Shown in pieces: positions 50,101 to 58,118 of a DNA stretch of 64,000 bases. The DNA is taken from the IMG/VR virus record IMGVR_UViG_3300043465_002420. The stretch is one strand, 5' to 3'. The position numbers and the translations under genes are program-made. Each line of letters opens with the position of its first letter. Positions within the stretch are counted from its first letter, which is position 1. The stretch is from a virus. Under the pieces are notes generated by a model. The model did not search any database. It saw nothing but the letters and a program-made list of their open reading frames with translations, and had not been told where the DNA came from.

Positions 50101-50252
50101 TTGATGACGAATACAGCATCATATCTTATTGGACTGGTCATATAAAAGAAGGAATTGCTGTAACTGAAAATCTTTTAAATAAAATTCCAGAGTCTCAAAA
50201 ACCAAGAGTGTTGAAAAACATGGAATATCTTAAAGGAAAATTGACAAACTAA
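47163..50252 (+). CDS. multidomain fusion: GT9-like + class I methyltransferase + FkbM methyltransferase + GT2 + TPR
   Basis: RYGGIGD; GIDIGCG..YDFVYSSHCLEH; FVDAGCCDG..YLNIDIEGVE; LCMIVKNE..DTGSTD..MIDADE; YLAQSY/ALHGA TPR-like helices. Confidence 0.85.
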   Translation: MRILLTRYGGIGDLIYIEPVIRAIKEKYNPTEIIFRTHKDYNCGEVTVQPKEVLKENPFISAIVFDDKYYGLGIETYGLCVENLVPKNLEKWGSVNPYFDMHINFQTEIEKNIDNPDLHAIDVFANAANVKVKDRIPKIYYDQKIVPKYELVVQLKSAEEDRDLSKNNDLIEMISKSNLTKIFLGEQSLNYHEFVSIIANCEIFVGTESCGTLIATGLNKKVITIFKNKIRIKNRSYENAMNITQDEIVKFKSEILNYITKDEKMNETSKCLESRKKSGYFDLYLKGKGIDIGCGKDKLIVEQGSVDAWDLSNGDAMLMECIANETYDFVYSSHCLEHLKDVEISLFNWSRILKKDGYLYFVVPEYVLYERMTFPSLFNKDHKQTFSYYITKEQVKRNNHYHYTDIIKIIENLNMEVEISKLEDDNYDYSKGTAGDQTFLDNALSQILFVAKKKEKTPVSQMGADDWVLSHYKKGYFVDAGCCDGEDISNTYKLEKLGWNGLCIDVIPKNFDRRPKSKVIEAALHGIKDLELEFTISKSPEISGITDYLGKQGTAAYTGWKPYVDKTIKVKTQLLHEILDANNAPNFIEYLNIDIEGVELEVLKTFPFEKYKFGCISLEHNYDEPKRTHIKNLLKNKGYNYIKQEKADDWFVLDENNTKVKTIGLCMIVKNESKIIERCLDSVKPIIDYVCIVDTGSTDDTIETINSWLVKNNISGEVISEPWKNFAHNRSFALAKLRERKNIDYALMIDADEVLRYEDGIDIAKEKQNMSHDLYHVNCKFGNIEYARTSITKNNMPYYYKGVVHEFLECHDPIKTRDFLKGVHNVPLQDSARNESNQKFQNDIKLLEDELKIEADKFMISRYTFYLAQSYRDCEEKEKAIYWYNERSKQGFWNQEVYISLYQVAKLKEQLEYPGDDIVQSYMRAYEVCPERIEALHGAINYCRRNGRNHQAFMMATYARSIPVNKTGLFSENWIWNYGIDDEYSIISYWTGHIKEGIAVTENLLNKIPESQKPRVLKNMEYLKGKLTN

Positions 50253-51040
50253 ACAATGTTGAAATTGTCATAATGTCTAGACAAGTACTCTCCCAAAATT
50301 TCTTTAGGATCTGTACTTGTCTTTTCTAATTTGCTTCTAATTGCATGAAGATTATCTAAACCCCATGCCTTATCTTTAGTCTCTGCACAAACATTATCAA
50401 TTTTATTGAAGTCGTAATTTTTATATTCATCTAAACCAATAAATTCATATATCTTTTTCATTGTTTCGATTGGGCTTTTTACCAAATCATCATATTTAAC
50501 TAAATGCAAACATTCTGGATGATTTTTTATTCCATGAATAGTGCTTTGATATGGATCAGAAATATATTCTTCCCATAATACCTTTGCTCTGTTTTCTGTG
50601 CTAATGTGTAGTCTTTTACTTCTTAATGTGTTATCAACAAAATTATCTTCTTGCTTGTTGTTTATGATCAATTTTATATACGATGTTATGACTTCACTAA
50701 TTGGTCTAACAGTACAAATTATCTTTGGGCTAGAACTTACAAACATTTTTGCTGGGATTATGTTTCTTGGCCAACCTCTGTGCTTATCAAATACTATGTC
50801 CGTTTTAAATTGATTGTAATAGGAATCAATTATAGCTCCATAAACACCATTAGATACGCTTTCTGCATCAAAAGTGTAGTTAGAGTTTAATTTAGAAAAT
50901 GCTTCGTTATTTAAGCATAATAAGTCCAGCAAAGGACTTGTTGGTGTAACTGTTATTTTTGAATTTTGACCTAAAATAGAACCAAGTAGAGTTGAACCAC
51001 TTCTTGGTAATCCACTAAGGAAAAATATAGATTTTTTCAT
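50249..51040 (-). CDS. sulfotransferase family protein
   Basis: FFLSGLPRSGSTLL 5'-PSB loop; IICTVRPISEVITSY 3'-PB; VKYDDLVKSPIETM. Confidence 0.85.
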   Translation of the reverse strand: MKKSIFFLSGLPRSGSTLLGSILGQNSKITVTPTSPLLDLLCLNNEAFSKLNSNYTFDAESVSNGVYGAIIDSYYNQFKTDIVFDKHRGWPRNIIPAKMFVSSSPKIICTVRPISEVITSYIKLIINNKQEDNFVDNTLRSKRLHISTENRAKVLWEEYISDPYQSTIHGIKNHPECLHLVKYDDLVKSPIETMKKIYEFIGLDEYKNYDFNKIDNVCAETKDKAWGLDNLHAIRSKLEKTSTDPKEILGEYLSRHYDNFNIV

Positions 51041-51489
51041 GTTTTCACCATGTAAACTGCATTCGAACCATAATAATCAATCGTTTTCTGACTTTGAAAT
51101 CCAAACTTATTCCAAAAGTTTTCAGATTCAAGAACAGACATAAGAACTTTTGGACTTGATTTTATTCTTAAAACCTGATCAACCAAAGCAAGTCCATAAC
51201 CCTTACCACGATGTGTTTTTTCTACACAAAGATCATGAATGTAATGACAGTCGGGATCTTCAATTTTTTTATAATTCTCGTTTATTGGGTAATATTCCCA
51301 CAAAATATAAGGAAACGAAATGATATATCCTACTATTTCCTTATTGATCTCACAAACAAAACACCCTTCTGGATGTCCTAATATTTTAGAACGAAAAGAT
51401 TCACTTCCCTCATAGTAATTATCAGGATAACTACTTGTTCCAATGTGATCAATAAAATCAAAGTCTTCTGGTTTTGCGTGTCTAATCAT
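51037..51489 (-). CDS. GNAT acetyltransferase
   Basis: IRHAKPED, YIHDLCVEKTHRGKGYG, FWNKFGF. Confidence 0.85.
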   Translation of the reverse strand: MIRHAKPEDFDFIDHIGTSSYPDNYYEGSESFRSKILGHPEGCFVCEINKEIVGYIISFPYILWEYYPINENYKKIEDPDCHYIHDLCVEKTHRGKGYGLALVDQVLRIKSSPKVLMSVLESENFWNKFGFQSQKTIDYYGSNAVYMVKT

Positions 51490-51604
51490 GAATTCATCAT
51501 AGTAATTTGGTCAGAAAACCCTACTTTTGTCCACAAAAAATTTTTTAAAATTAATATATATAAAAGCGACAAAAAATTTATAAAAAAAAAAAAAAGGAGT
51601 TGTC

Positions 51605-52465
51605 ATGGCAGATTTTAATGTAGATTTAAGCCCAAATTTAGTCAATTTGGGAACCGAAGGGAGCTTGGACACTAGCGTTCAAAATGGCAACTCTCTTCAG
51701 AGAAAATTGACTGGTGTAATGGTTGAATTTTGTGGCAATCAAAAAATAATTGGTCGCATTGACGATGGAGGACAGTTCAACGAAACTATCGAGAGAGTAA
51801 AAGACTATGCGGGAATTACCAAGACCATTGGTGATAATTACATATTCGTAAACAACAACTTTGTTGACTACTATGAAGAGAGTACTAATACTTCCGATGA
51901 AGCAAACAATTTGATTGCCATGTTTGATGAATCTGGAGTTGTATATAAAAAATTCACGGACATTGATGGCAGAACATTTTCATCTCTTGACAACATGGAT
52001 AAGCTCATTATTCCAGAACTAGATGCAGACGATCTCCTTCCATCGTTGACCTCTGATGCTAAAAATGCAATCACCGATTTTGTCGATGGTGGCGGAATTC
52101 TTATCATGTTTGAGCCAGATAGTGGCGATGTAATAGATGTCTTGAATGAACTATTCGGATGGTCACTTGACACAAATGGAGTATCTGAGCCTATTGATAT
52201 TACTGAGGCTGGAGCCATTCTTTTCCCAAATGAAAGTGCTACCCTTCCTGATTTAAGTGCTACTGATTCACTCGACACAACTACCCTTCCAGTTAATTCT
52301 GTCAGCATCTATACTGGTGATGGTTCCAATCAAACAGTTGTAGCCAAGATGCCATATGGCGATGGCTTTGTTTATGTTCTTGGATGGGATTGGTATGACG
52401 CACAGCCTGTTGGCGTAGAAGATGGTGGCTGGAATCACCTTCTGAGATCTATTTTAAATTCTTAA
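51605..52465 (+). CDS. acidic hypothetical protein (possible GATase1-like/structural domain)
   Basis: AAGGAG SD; LIIPE...ITDFVDGGGILIM. Confidence 0.55.
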   Translation: MADFNVDLSPNLVNLGTEGSLDTSVQNGNSLQRKLTGVMVEFCGNQKIIGRIDDGGQFNETIERVKDYAGITKTIGDNYIFVNNNFVDYYEESTNTSDEANNLIAMFDESGVVYKKFTDIDGRTFSSLDNMDKLIIPELDADDLLPSLTSDAKNAITDFVDGGGILIMFEPDSGDVIDVLNELFGWSLDTNGVSEPIDITEAGAILFPNESATLPDLSATDSLDTTTLPVNSVSIYTGDGSNQTVVAKMPYGDGFVYVLGWDWYDAQPVGVEDGGWNHLLRSILNS

Positions 52466-52480
52466 TTCAAGGAGAAAACA

Positions 52481-52657
52481 ATGTTTACACTAGATGTACC
52501 AACCAGCAAGGTTGATCAATTTGATGTTCTTTTAGACAATATCAATGTCACTTACAGAATATTCGGTAAGAACGAAGACGGATCTATCACAAAGCTCAGT
52601 TTCAAGAAACAAGCCTTGCTTGACAAGGCTACTGAAGAACTGAAAAAACTTTCTTAA
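52481..52657 (+). CDS. 58-aa protein (not in ORF track)
   Basis: AAGGAG SD; MFTLDVPTSK...; followed by a terminator. Confidence 0.6.
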   Translation: MFTLDVPTSKVDQFDVLLDNINVTYRIFGKNEDGSITKLSFKKQALLDKATEELKKLS

Positions 52658-52666
52658 TCAATTATC

Positions 52667-52703
52667 AAAAGTCTTGGGTGTCTATTGGCATCCGAGACTT
52701 TTT
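52667..52703. terminator. intrinsic terminator
   Basis: aaaagtcttgggtg / catccgagactttt hairpin with T-tract between convergent genes. Confidence 0.7.
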
Positions 52704-52713
52704 CATGTTTTTA

Positions 52714-53493
52714 TCATAGTGCTTTCGATGGATTCTTGCTATATCTCTCACACTGATTGATAACTTCGCACAAATATCGTTCATTATTGAAAAGCGATCT
52801 GTATGCATCAGAACAACCACTTACGAATCTATCGTGTGTTTCGCAATGTACAACATCCACTTTTTCTGACCAATCTTCGCAGATGCCTTTTTCAAACAAT
52901 ATTTTTTCAGATCCCTCAATATCAATCTTTAAAAAGTCGATAACATCAAGACCATAATCTTTTATAATATCATTCATCGAAATTCCCAAAATATTTCCAT
53001 CTTTATTTTCCTTTACAATTGTTCCCCAATCACCACCAATTTTTTCATCTATGGACAACATGCACTTTTTGTTCCAAATTCCAGCGTTCACACATTTGAT
53101 GTTTTTGTACGGCATTGTGTTTAAAAGCAACATGCGATAATTTTCTGGATCGGGTTCAATTGATATTATCAACTCTGATTGATATTTCATCGCAAAATAA
53201 ACAGCTACATAGCCAACATAAGCACCTAGATCGACAACATTTCTTAGTGGTTTAATTAAGCCTTCGTATTCTTTCTCTTCGAATACTTGTAAAAAATTGT
53301 ATATGTCAGTCGTAGCTTTTCTTACATATAAAGGATATTTAAAACCTTCTGGAATAATTGGAATTAATGAATCATAACGATCACCAGACTCGCAATATTT
53401 TATCAAACTTGCAGTGTTTTGCTCTGTAATATCACATTGATGTATGGGATTCATAAATTTATGATAGTTTGTTTCATATATATTGATATGCAA
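52714..53493 (-). CDS. FkbM family methyltransferase
   Basis: VVDLGAYVG, IEPDPEN, IDFLKIDIEGSE; true start may be MNPIH (53454). Confidence 0.88.
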   Translation of the reverse strand: MHINIYETNYHKFMNPIHQCDITEQNTASLIKYCESGDRYDSLIPIIPEGFKYPLYVRKATTDIYNFLQVFEEKEYEGLIKPLRNVVDLGAYVGYVAVYFAMKYQSELIISIEPDPENYRMLLLNTMPYKNIKCVNAGIWNKKCMLSIDEKIGGDWGTIVKENKDGNILGISMNDIIKDYGLDVIDFLKIDIEGSEKILFEKGICEDWSEKVDVVHCETHDRFVSGCSDAYRSLFNNERYLCEVINQCERYSKNPSKAL

Positions 53494-53514
53494 AACTTAT
53501 AGGGAAAAATTGTC

Positions 53515-54501
53515 ATGAAATCATTTATGGAATATGTACAACTGAAAAACGAAGGTCTCTTTGATTTTTTCAAATCGAAAAAACCTGCTTCTGCTCCTAC
53601 TGGTGCTTCAACTGCTCCTACTGGTGCTTCAACTGCTCCTACTGGTGCTTCAACTGCTCCTACTGGTGCTTCTGACAGAGAGAAAAAAAGAAAGCCTTTA
53701 GATACTTATGATCCTTACACTGCCAAATATAGTCCTCTAACGAGAGATGGACATAGCTATGTAAATTATAAGCGTATGTCGCCTGATGAAATTGCAGCAG
53801 CCGAAGATCAAAGTGATAAAAACAGCATCGATGCATATTATGGAAAAGAAAAAGATCCTGGCATGAAAGCATTAATAGACCATGGCAATCCTGTGGATAA
53901 ATTTAAAAAATTAGAAGACGATATTAAATATGGAAGATTTTCGTACAATACAAGCAATGTTCCAAAAATGATGCTTTTTATGTTGAATAATCATATGGAT
54001 GGCAGCTATATGCCATTTTTCGGTTCTTTGGTAAAAAACAATGCGGTTAAAATGATTCCATATGATCTCGCTTTGAGAACTATGGAATTAAACTTTGGAA
54101 GTAACTCAAGTATGATGGCACTTAGATCTTTTCTCGCAAGACATCTTATGGAAAAAACTCCAAGTAAAATACAAGGTTTAGAATCATTGGAGTTAATCAG
54201 AAAAAGTTTAGTATCAACTGATAAATGGGCAAAAACAATTTTATATACACCTGATTTCTTGCAACACATAAAAGAAGAAGATATAAAAGACATTTGGTTG
54301 AAATTCTTTGAAAGAAGACCAGACTTGGCGAAGAAATATTATGAAAAAAATGGCGAAAGAATGCGACTTAATCAAAAGTACAAACAAGCAAATGACACTA
54401 GATATCAAAAACCAAATGATATGGAAAATTTAATTTTTTCCATGTTTGGCGAAAAAAACGAATCATTCAAGACACATAAAAAATCATTATTTGACTGGTA
54501 A
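53515..54501 (+). CDS. protein with capsid-targeting-like N-terminus and ASTAPTG repeats
   Basis: MKSFMEYVQLKNEGLFDFFK; 21-nt repeat about x4 at 53591-53672. Confidence 0.7.
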   Translation: MKSFMEYVQLKNEGLFDFFKSKKPASAPTGASTAPTGASTAPTGASTAPTGASDREKKRKPLDTYDPYTAKYSPLTRDGHSYVNYKRMSPDEIAAAEDQSDKNSIDAYYGKEKDPGMKALIDHGNPVDKFKKLEDDIKYGRFSYNTSNVPKMMLFMLNNHMDGSYMPFFGSLVKNNAVKMIPYDLALRTMELNFGSNSSMMALRSFLARHLMEKTPSKIQGLESLELIRKSLVSTDKWAKTILYTPDFLQHIKEEDIKDIWLKFFERRPDLAKKYYEKNGERMRLNQKYKQANDTRYQKPNDMENLIFSMFGEKNESFKTHKKSLFDW

Positions 54502-54504
54502 ACT

Positions 54505-54840
54505 ATGAACTTCACAGAATGGCTAAACAATCGTGATCCTGAAATGTTGAATGAAATTAAAAAACCATTCAAAAATTTCAATAAAGAAAAAAACCATCCA
54601 GAAGGTGGTCTTAAACCATCCTACGCCAAAAAATTAGGCATTCATGCAGGTATTGACACCAAGCGTGAGGCCGAAAAAAAAGGTGGCGTTCATAAAATGT
54701 CAGATAAAACAAAGGCAAGAAGAAAATCATTCTGTGCCAGGATGTGTGGCCATAAAAAGAAGAATACATCATCAAAAACTGCAAATGATCCGAAAAGCAA
54801 AATCAATGCAGCTTTGAGGGTTTGGAAATGTCGCTGCTAA
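54505..54840 (+). CDS. basic phage protein (DUF6321-like C-terminus)
   Basis: MNFTEWLNN; ARRKSFCARM...DPKSKINAALRVWKC. Confidence 0.55.
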   Translation: MNFTEWLNNRDPEMLNEIKKPFKNFNKEKNHPEGGLKPSYAKKLGIHAGIDTKREAEKKGGVHKMSDKTKARRKSFCARMCGHKKKNTSSKTANDPKSKINAALRVWKCRC

Positions 54841-55415
54841 ATTTTATAAGCGTAAACAGTAAGATCATTTGACAAGTAATCATTTCTTATTACATATTTA
54901 TCAGTGACTGATTGCATCAAAAATGAAACATCATCTATTGTGCAATGTTTCATATCAACATCTTTGTTTTCACAAGAATCAGAAAGCAAATTAAACGCAA
55001 TTCCTTTTTTGCACAAGCAAAACATTTTCTCAATTGTCTTTTGTGTTGTTTCTTCCCAATTATTTTTCAATGCAAAAACACCAGATGCAAAACACCAATC
55101 AAATTCCCCTTTAGTTTCAAATACAGATTGATTCAAGAAATTACCTTGGAACAAACCTTTCCATTTATCCTCGTACTTTTCCTTAGCTATAATGATGGCT
55201 GAATTTCTCAAATCAATTCCAAGATAATCATCAAAATGATAGCTTAAATCGCCATGACCACAACCAACATCCAAAACACTATCCGTGATCTCCAATCCAG
55301 ATATTTCCATCAATACCTTGAATCTTATTTTTTGGGTGTGTTCGTTGCTCCATCCTAATGACCTAACACCAACTTCTTTTCCGAACTTTTCTTGATATGT
55401 TTTTTCTAAATTCAC
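54837..55415 (-). CDS. class I SAM-dependent methyltransferase
   Basis: SLGWS..Q..RF, VLDVGCGHGD, YLGID, FDWCFASGVF, KGIAFN; start codon uncertain. Confidence 0.8.
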   Translation of the reverse strand: MNLEKTYQEKFGKEVGVRSLGWSNEHTQKIRFKVLMEISGLEITDSVLDVGCGHGDLSYHFDDYLGIDLRNSAIIIAKEKYEDKWKGLFQGNFLNQSVFETKGEFDWCFASGVFALKNNWEETTQKTIEKMFCLCKKGIAFNLLSDSCENKDVDMKHCTIDDVSFLMQSVTDKYVIRNDYLSNDLTVYAYKI

Positions 55416-55436
55416 TATTTTTTCCTATGAATTATG

Positions 55437-55471
55437 ACGAACTACTAATTTAAAAAAAATTAGTAGTTCGT
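55437..55471. terminator. 15-bp inverted repeat downstream of the tRNA
   Basis: acgaactactaattt / aaattagtagttcgt. Confidence 0.55.
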
Positions 55472-55537
55472 TGTAAATTAACCCGATCATATCTGAAAAC
55501 CAACGGAATTCGACCATTTAATCATATGATCAGGTAG

Positions 55538-55610
55538 TACCCCTAGCAGGATTCGCACCTGCGACCAATAAATTAGAAATTTATTGCTCTATCTCCTGAG
55601 CTATAGGGGC
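55538..55610 (-). tRNA. tRNA-Arg(UCU)
   Basis: Cloverleaf: GCCCCTA/TAGGGGT acceptor, GCTC/GAGC D stem, ATAAA-TTTCTAA-TTTAT anticodon arm, GCAGG-TGCGAAT-CCTGC T arm; CCA not encoded. Confidence 0.88.
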
Positions 55611-55689
55611 AAAATTATTATAATCAAAAAAATTAAAATTAACAACGAATCATTGAAATAATAAAAAAATCAAATGAATATATATTTAC

Positions 55690-56277
55690 ATGGAAACACT
55701 ACTCACCAAAGACCGCAAAGAAAAATTAAGTATTTACATTCAATTGGCAAATTGCTTAGAAGGCGACTTCGCAGAAGTTGGTGTATACAAAGGAGGAAGT
55801 GCCGAAATAATAGCTATAAATAAAAATGAAAATAAAAATTTATATTTATTTGACACTTTCGAAGGAATGCCAGAAGTTAATGAAAATGTTGATAACTTTC
55901 ATAAAAAAAACGATTTTAACGATACATCTTATTCAAATATTTGCTTGGGCTTAAGCCATTATAAAAATGTTTTTATTTACAAAGGAATTTTTCCAAATGA
56001 ACATAGCGATAAAATAAAAGATAAAAAGTTCTCTTTGGTTCACATAGATGTTGACATTTACAAAAGTTATATTGATTGCTTGAATTTCTTTTATCCAAAA
56101 ATGATAGATGGAGGAATTATTATTTTGGATGATTATTCTGCTCCGACATGCAAAGGTGCAAAAATAGCAGTCGATGAGTTCTTTTCAAATAAACTTGAAA
56201 AACCAATATGGGAAACAAAACCTCAAGTGTGTATTGTCAAACAACCGACACTCATCAAACAACCAAAAATCAATTGA
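55690..56277 (+). CDS. TylF/MycF/NovP-family O-methyltransferase
   Basis: EGDFAEVGVYKGGS, FDTFEGMP, VHIDVDIYKS, GGIIILDDY. Confidence 0.9.
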   Translation: METLLTKDRKEKLSIYIQLANCLEGDFAEVGVYKGGSAEIIAINKNENKNLYLFDTFEGMPEVNENVDNFHKKNDFNDTSYSNICLGLSHYKNVFIYKGIFPNEHSDKIKDKKFSLVHIDVDIYKSYIDCLNFFYPKMIDGGIIILDDYSAPTCKGAKIAVDEFFSNKLEKPIWETKPQVCIVKQPTLIKQPKIN

Positions 56278-56923
56278 GCCAATTCAATTTCATTTCATCT
56301 TTAGTCCAAGTGTTTTTAAAATCTAAATTCGGAATTGGATATGATTGTGTATCTAAGTTTAATTCGCCATATTCCTTTTTATTTACCATAGTTATTTCTA
56401 AGGTTTCAGGAACATTTTGAATATACTCACCAAAATTATTCCCATGAACATGAACTACATGATAATTTTCTATTATTTTATCTAATACTGATAATGATTT
56501 ATTCTTTGGATTTATGGTCAAATGAAGTTCGAATGTGAAAGTGTTAACTTTGTCACAAAAGTGAATTACATCTAAAGTTTCAAAAAAATCCCACTCGTAA
56601 CCTTCAATATCCATTTTCAACAATATTTTTTTTGCTTCTTGAACTTCTGTTATGTTTTTGAAATCATCATATCCAACGAGTTTCATTTGTTTTGCCCAAG
56701 GCTCCAGATTTCCAGCAATATCATAACCTATTACTTTTTTATTTTTCTCTATTAATTGCTTTTCATAATGTATGTCACTACCCAATCCAAAACAAACAAA
56801 CAAATCACATTCTTCAACAGATCGAATTGGAACAACATACCCACCATCTCCATTGCCTCCTATTCTGATTTTTTCAATTTTTCTAGGAAGCATGTTTTTC
56901 GCCATCCAATCATAAATTTCCAT
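56270..56923 (-). CDS. FkbM-like methyltransferase
   Basis: RIGGNGDGGYVVP, FGLG, LLKMDIEGYEW, ELH, HVHGNN, LEITMV. Confidence 0.8.
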   Translation of the reverse strand: MEIYDWMAKNMLPRKIEKIRIGGNGDGGYVVPIRSVEECDLFVCFGLGSDIHYEKQLIEKNKKVIGYDIAGNLEPWAKQMKLVGYDDFKNITEVQEAKKILLKMDIEGYEWDFFETLDVIHFCDKVNTFTFELHLTINPKNKSLSVLDKIIENYHVVHVHGNNFGEYIQNVPETLEITMVNKKEYGELNLDTQSYPIPNLDFKNTWTKDEMKLNWLN

Positions 56924-57099
56924 TTAATCTTTCCTTTTTACACAATAATAATGATTTTTCCACTACAAACAAGCAATATGCTGTCCAGTATAAGTAGATA
57001 GAAATTTATTTTGGGAAAATATCCATTTTTAATTGAATATTTCCCGACTTAAAACGAACAAGATAATAGGAAGATAACTTTAACCCAAGGAGAATCAAA

Positions 57100-57534
57100 A
57101 TGATTCGAGAAGATGAAGAAAACATTCTAAATTGTAATTGCAGCAGGTATTACATTGTACCAATGGATAAAATGGCTGATTTAATGGGAATACCATTAGT
57201 TTTGGATGAATTTGGAATGGATGATAGAGATTACGATGTCACAAACAAAGTACTAGCTGCTGGTGGTGATTTCGTTAACCTTGAAACTGGCGAAGTTGAA
57301 GCAGATCCAGTCAAAATCGTCAAAAAATACAGAGTTGATGTAGATGGCAATAACGAAGTAATTATCGAAATTAGAGCAATTAAATCAACTGCTCATAGGT
57401 TCCTTATGAAAGGAGAACCAACAAGGGATGAATATGTCTTAAAAAGAACAAAAGAACTAGGATTAAATGGTATAGATCTGATCAATAACCTCGAAAAATT
57501 TCACGAAGAATACAAACAACTAACAGCCAGCTAA
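57100..57534 (+). CDS. hypothetical protein
   Basis: AAGGAG SD, 144 aa. Confidence 0.65.
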   Translation: MIREDEENILNCNCSRYYIVPMDKMADLMGIPLVLDEFGMDDRDYDVTNKVLAAGGDFVNLETGEVEADPVKIVKKYRVDVDGNNEVIIEIRAIKSTAHRFLMKGEPTRDEYVLKRTKELGLNGIDLINNLEKFHEEYKQLTAS

Positions 57535-57544
57535 GGAGAAGATC

Positions 57545-57973
57545 ATGAAAAGGGAATGCGAAGATTGCGGAACTATTTTTTTAGATAACAGATATTTCAA
57601 AGGAGAACTTCCAAAAAATGCATTTTGTCCACTCTGTTGTTCAGAGAGATATTTTGCAGATGTAGACCATGGAAATAAAGTTCTAAAAGAAGAAACTTGG
57701 AATTTTAGATCAAATTGGAAAGCAAAAGTTTGGAATAGCTCCTCGCTATATGAAGAAGGTTCTGATTTTCTTCATATAGATATAAAACAAGGAAAACTTG
57801 AATTAGAAATGGCAATTAAAAAAAGAGAAGGCTCTACTGATGAATTCCTTGTTTGGATTGGGAATAAACAATTTATTTGCAAAGCAGAACCAACAGATGA
57901 AGAAGCAAGGCACGAACAAGGAAAAATATTAAGTGAACATAGTCCTTTAGAGATATTGGACAAAGAAATATGA
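57545..57973 (+). CDS. hypothetical protein with N-terminal zinc ribbon
   Basis: AAGGAG SD; CEDC...CPLC. Confidence 0.65.
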   Translation: MKRECEDCGTIFLDNRYFKGELPKNAFCPLCCSERYFADVDHGNKVLKEETWNFRSNWKAKVWNSSSLYEEGSDFLHIDIKQGKLELEMAIKKREGSTDEFLVWIGNKQFICKAEPTDEEARHEQGKILSEHSPLEILDKEI

Positions 57974-58105
57974 TTCCTTAGTTCACGCAAACCGCTTTCC
58001 CTTAACTAAGAGCATTCCTTAGTTCACTTTGCTGGACTAAGAACATTCCTTAGTTCACGGAAACCGCTTTCCCTTAACTAAGGACATTCCTTAGTTAAGG
58101 GAAAC
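57973..58105. repeat. nested direct/inverted repeat cluster
   Basis: ATTCCTTAGTT x4 (57973, 58014, 58045, 58086); two near-identical 41-nt units; perfect 16-bp IR 58068-58083/58089-58104. Confidence 0.85.
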
Positions 58106-58118
58106 TAACTTAAATTAC

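Noticed and set aside
55538-55610. Amber-suppressor tRNA (CUA), tempting given the UAG in dnaE-N
   Set aside because: The anticodon stem only pairs as ATAAA/TTTAT, which places TCT at 34-36. Shifting to CTA breaks the stem.
57973-58105. Mini CRISPR array
   Set aside because: The repeat is only 11-14 nt, spacers 1 and 3 are near-identical and self-complementary to the repeat, and there are no cas genes in the window.
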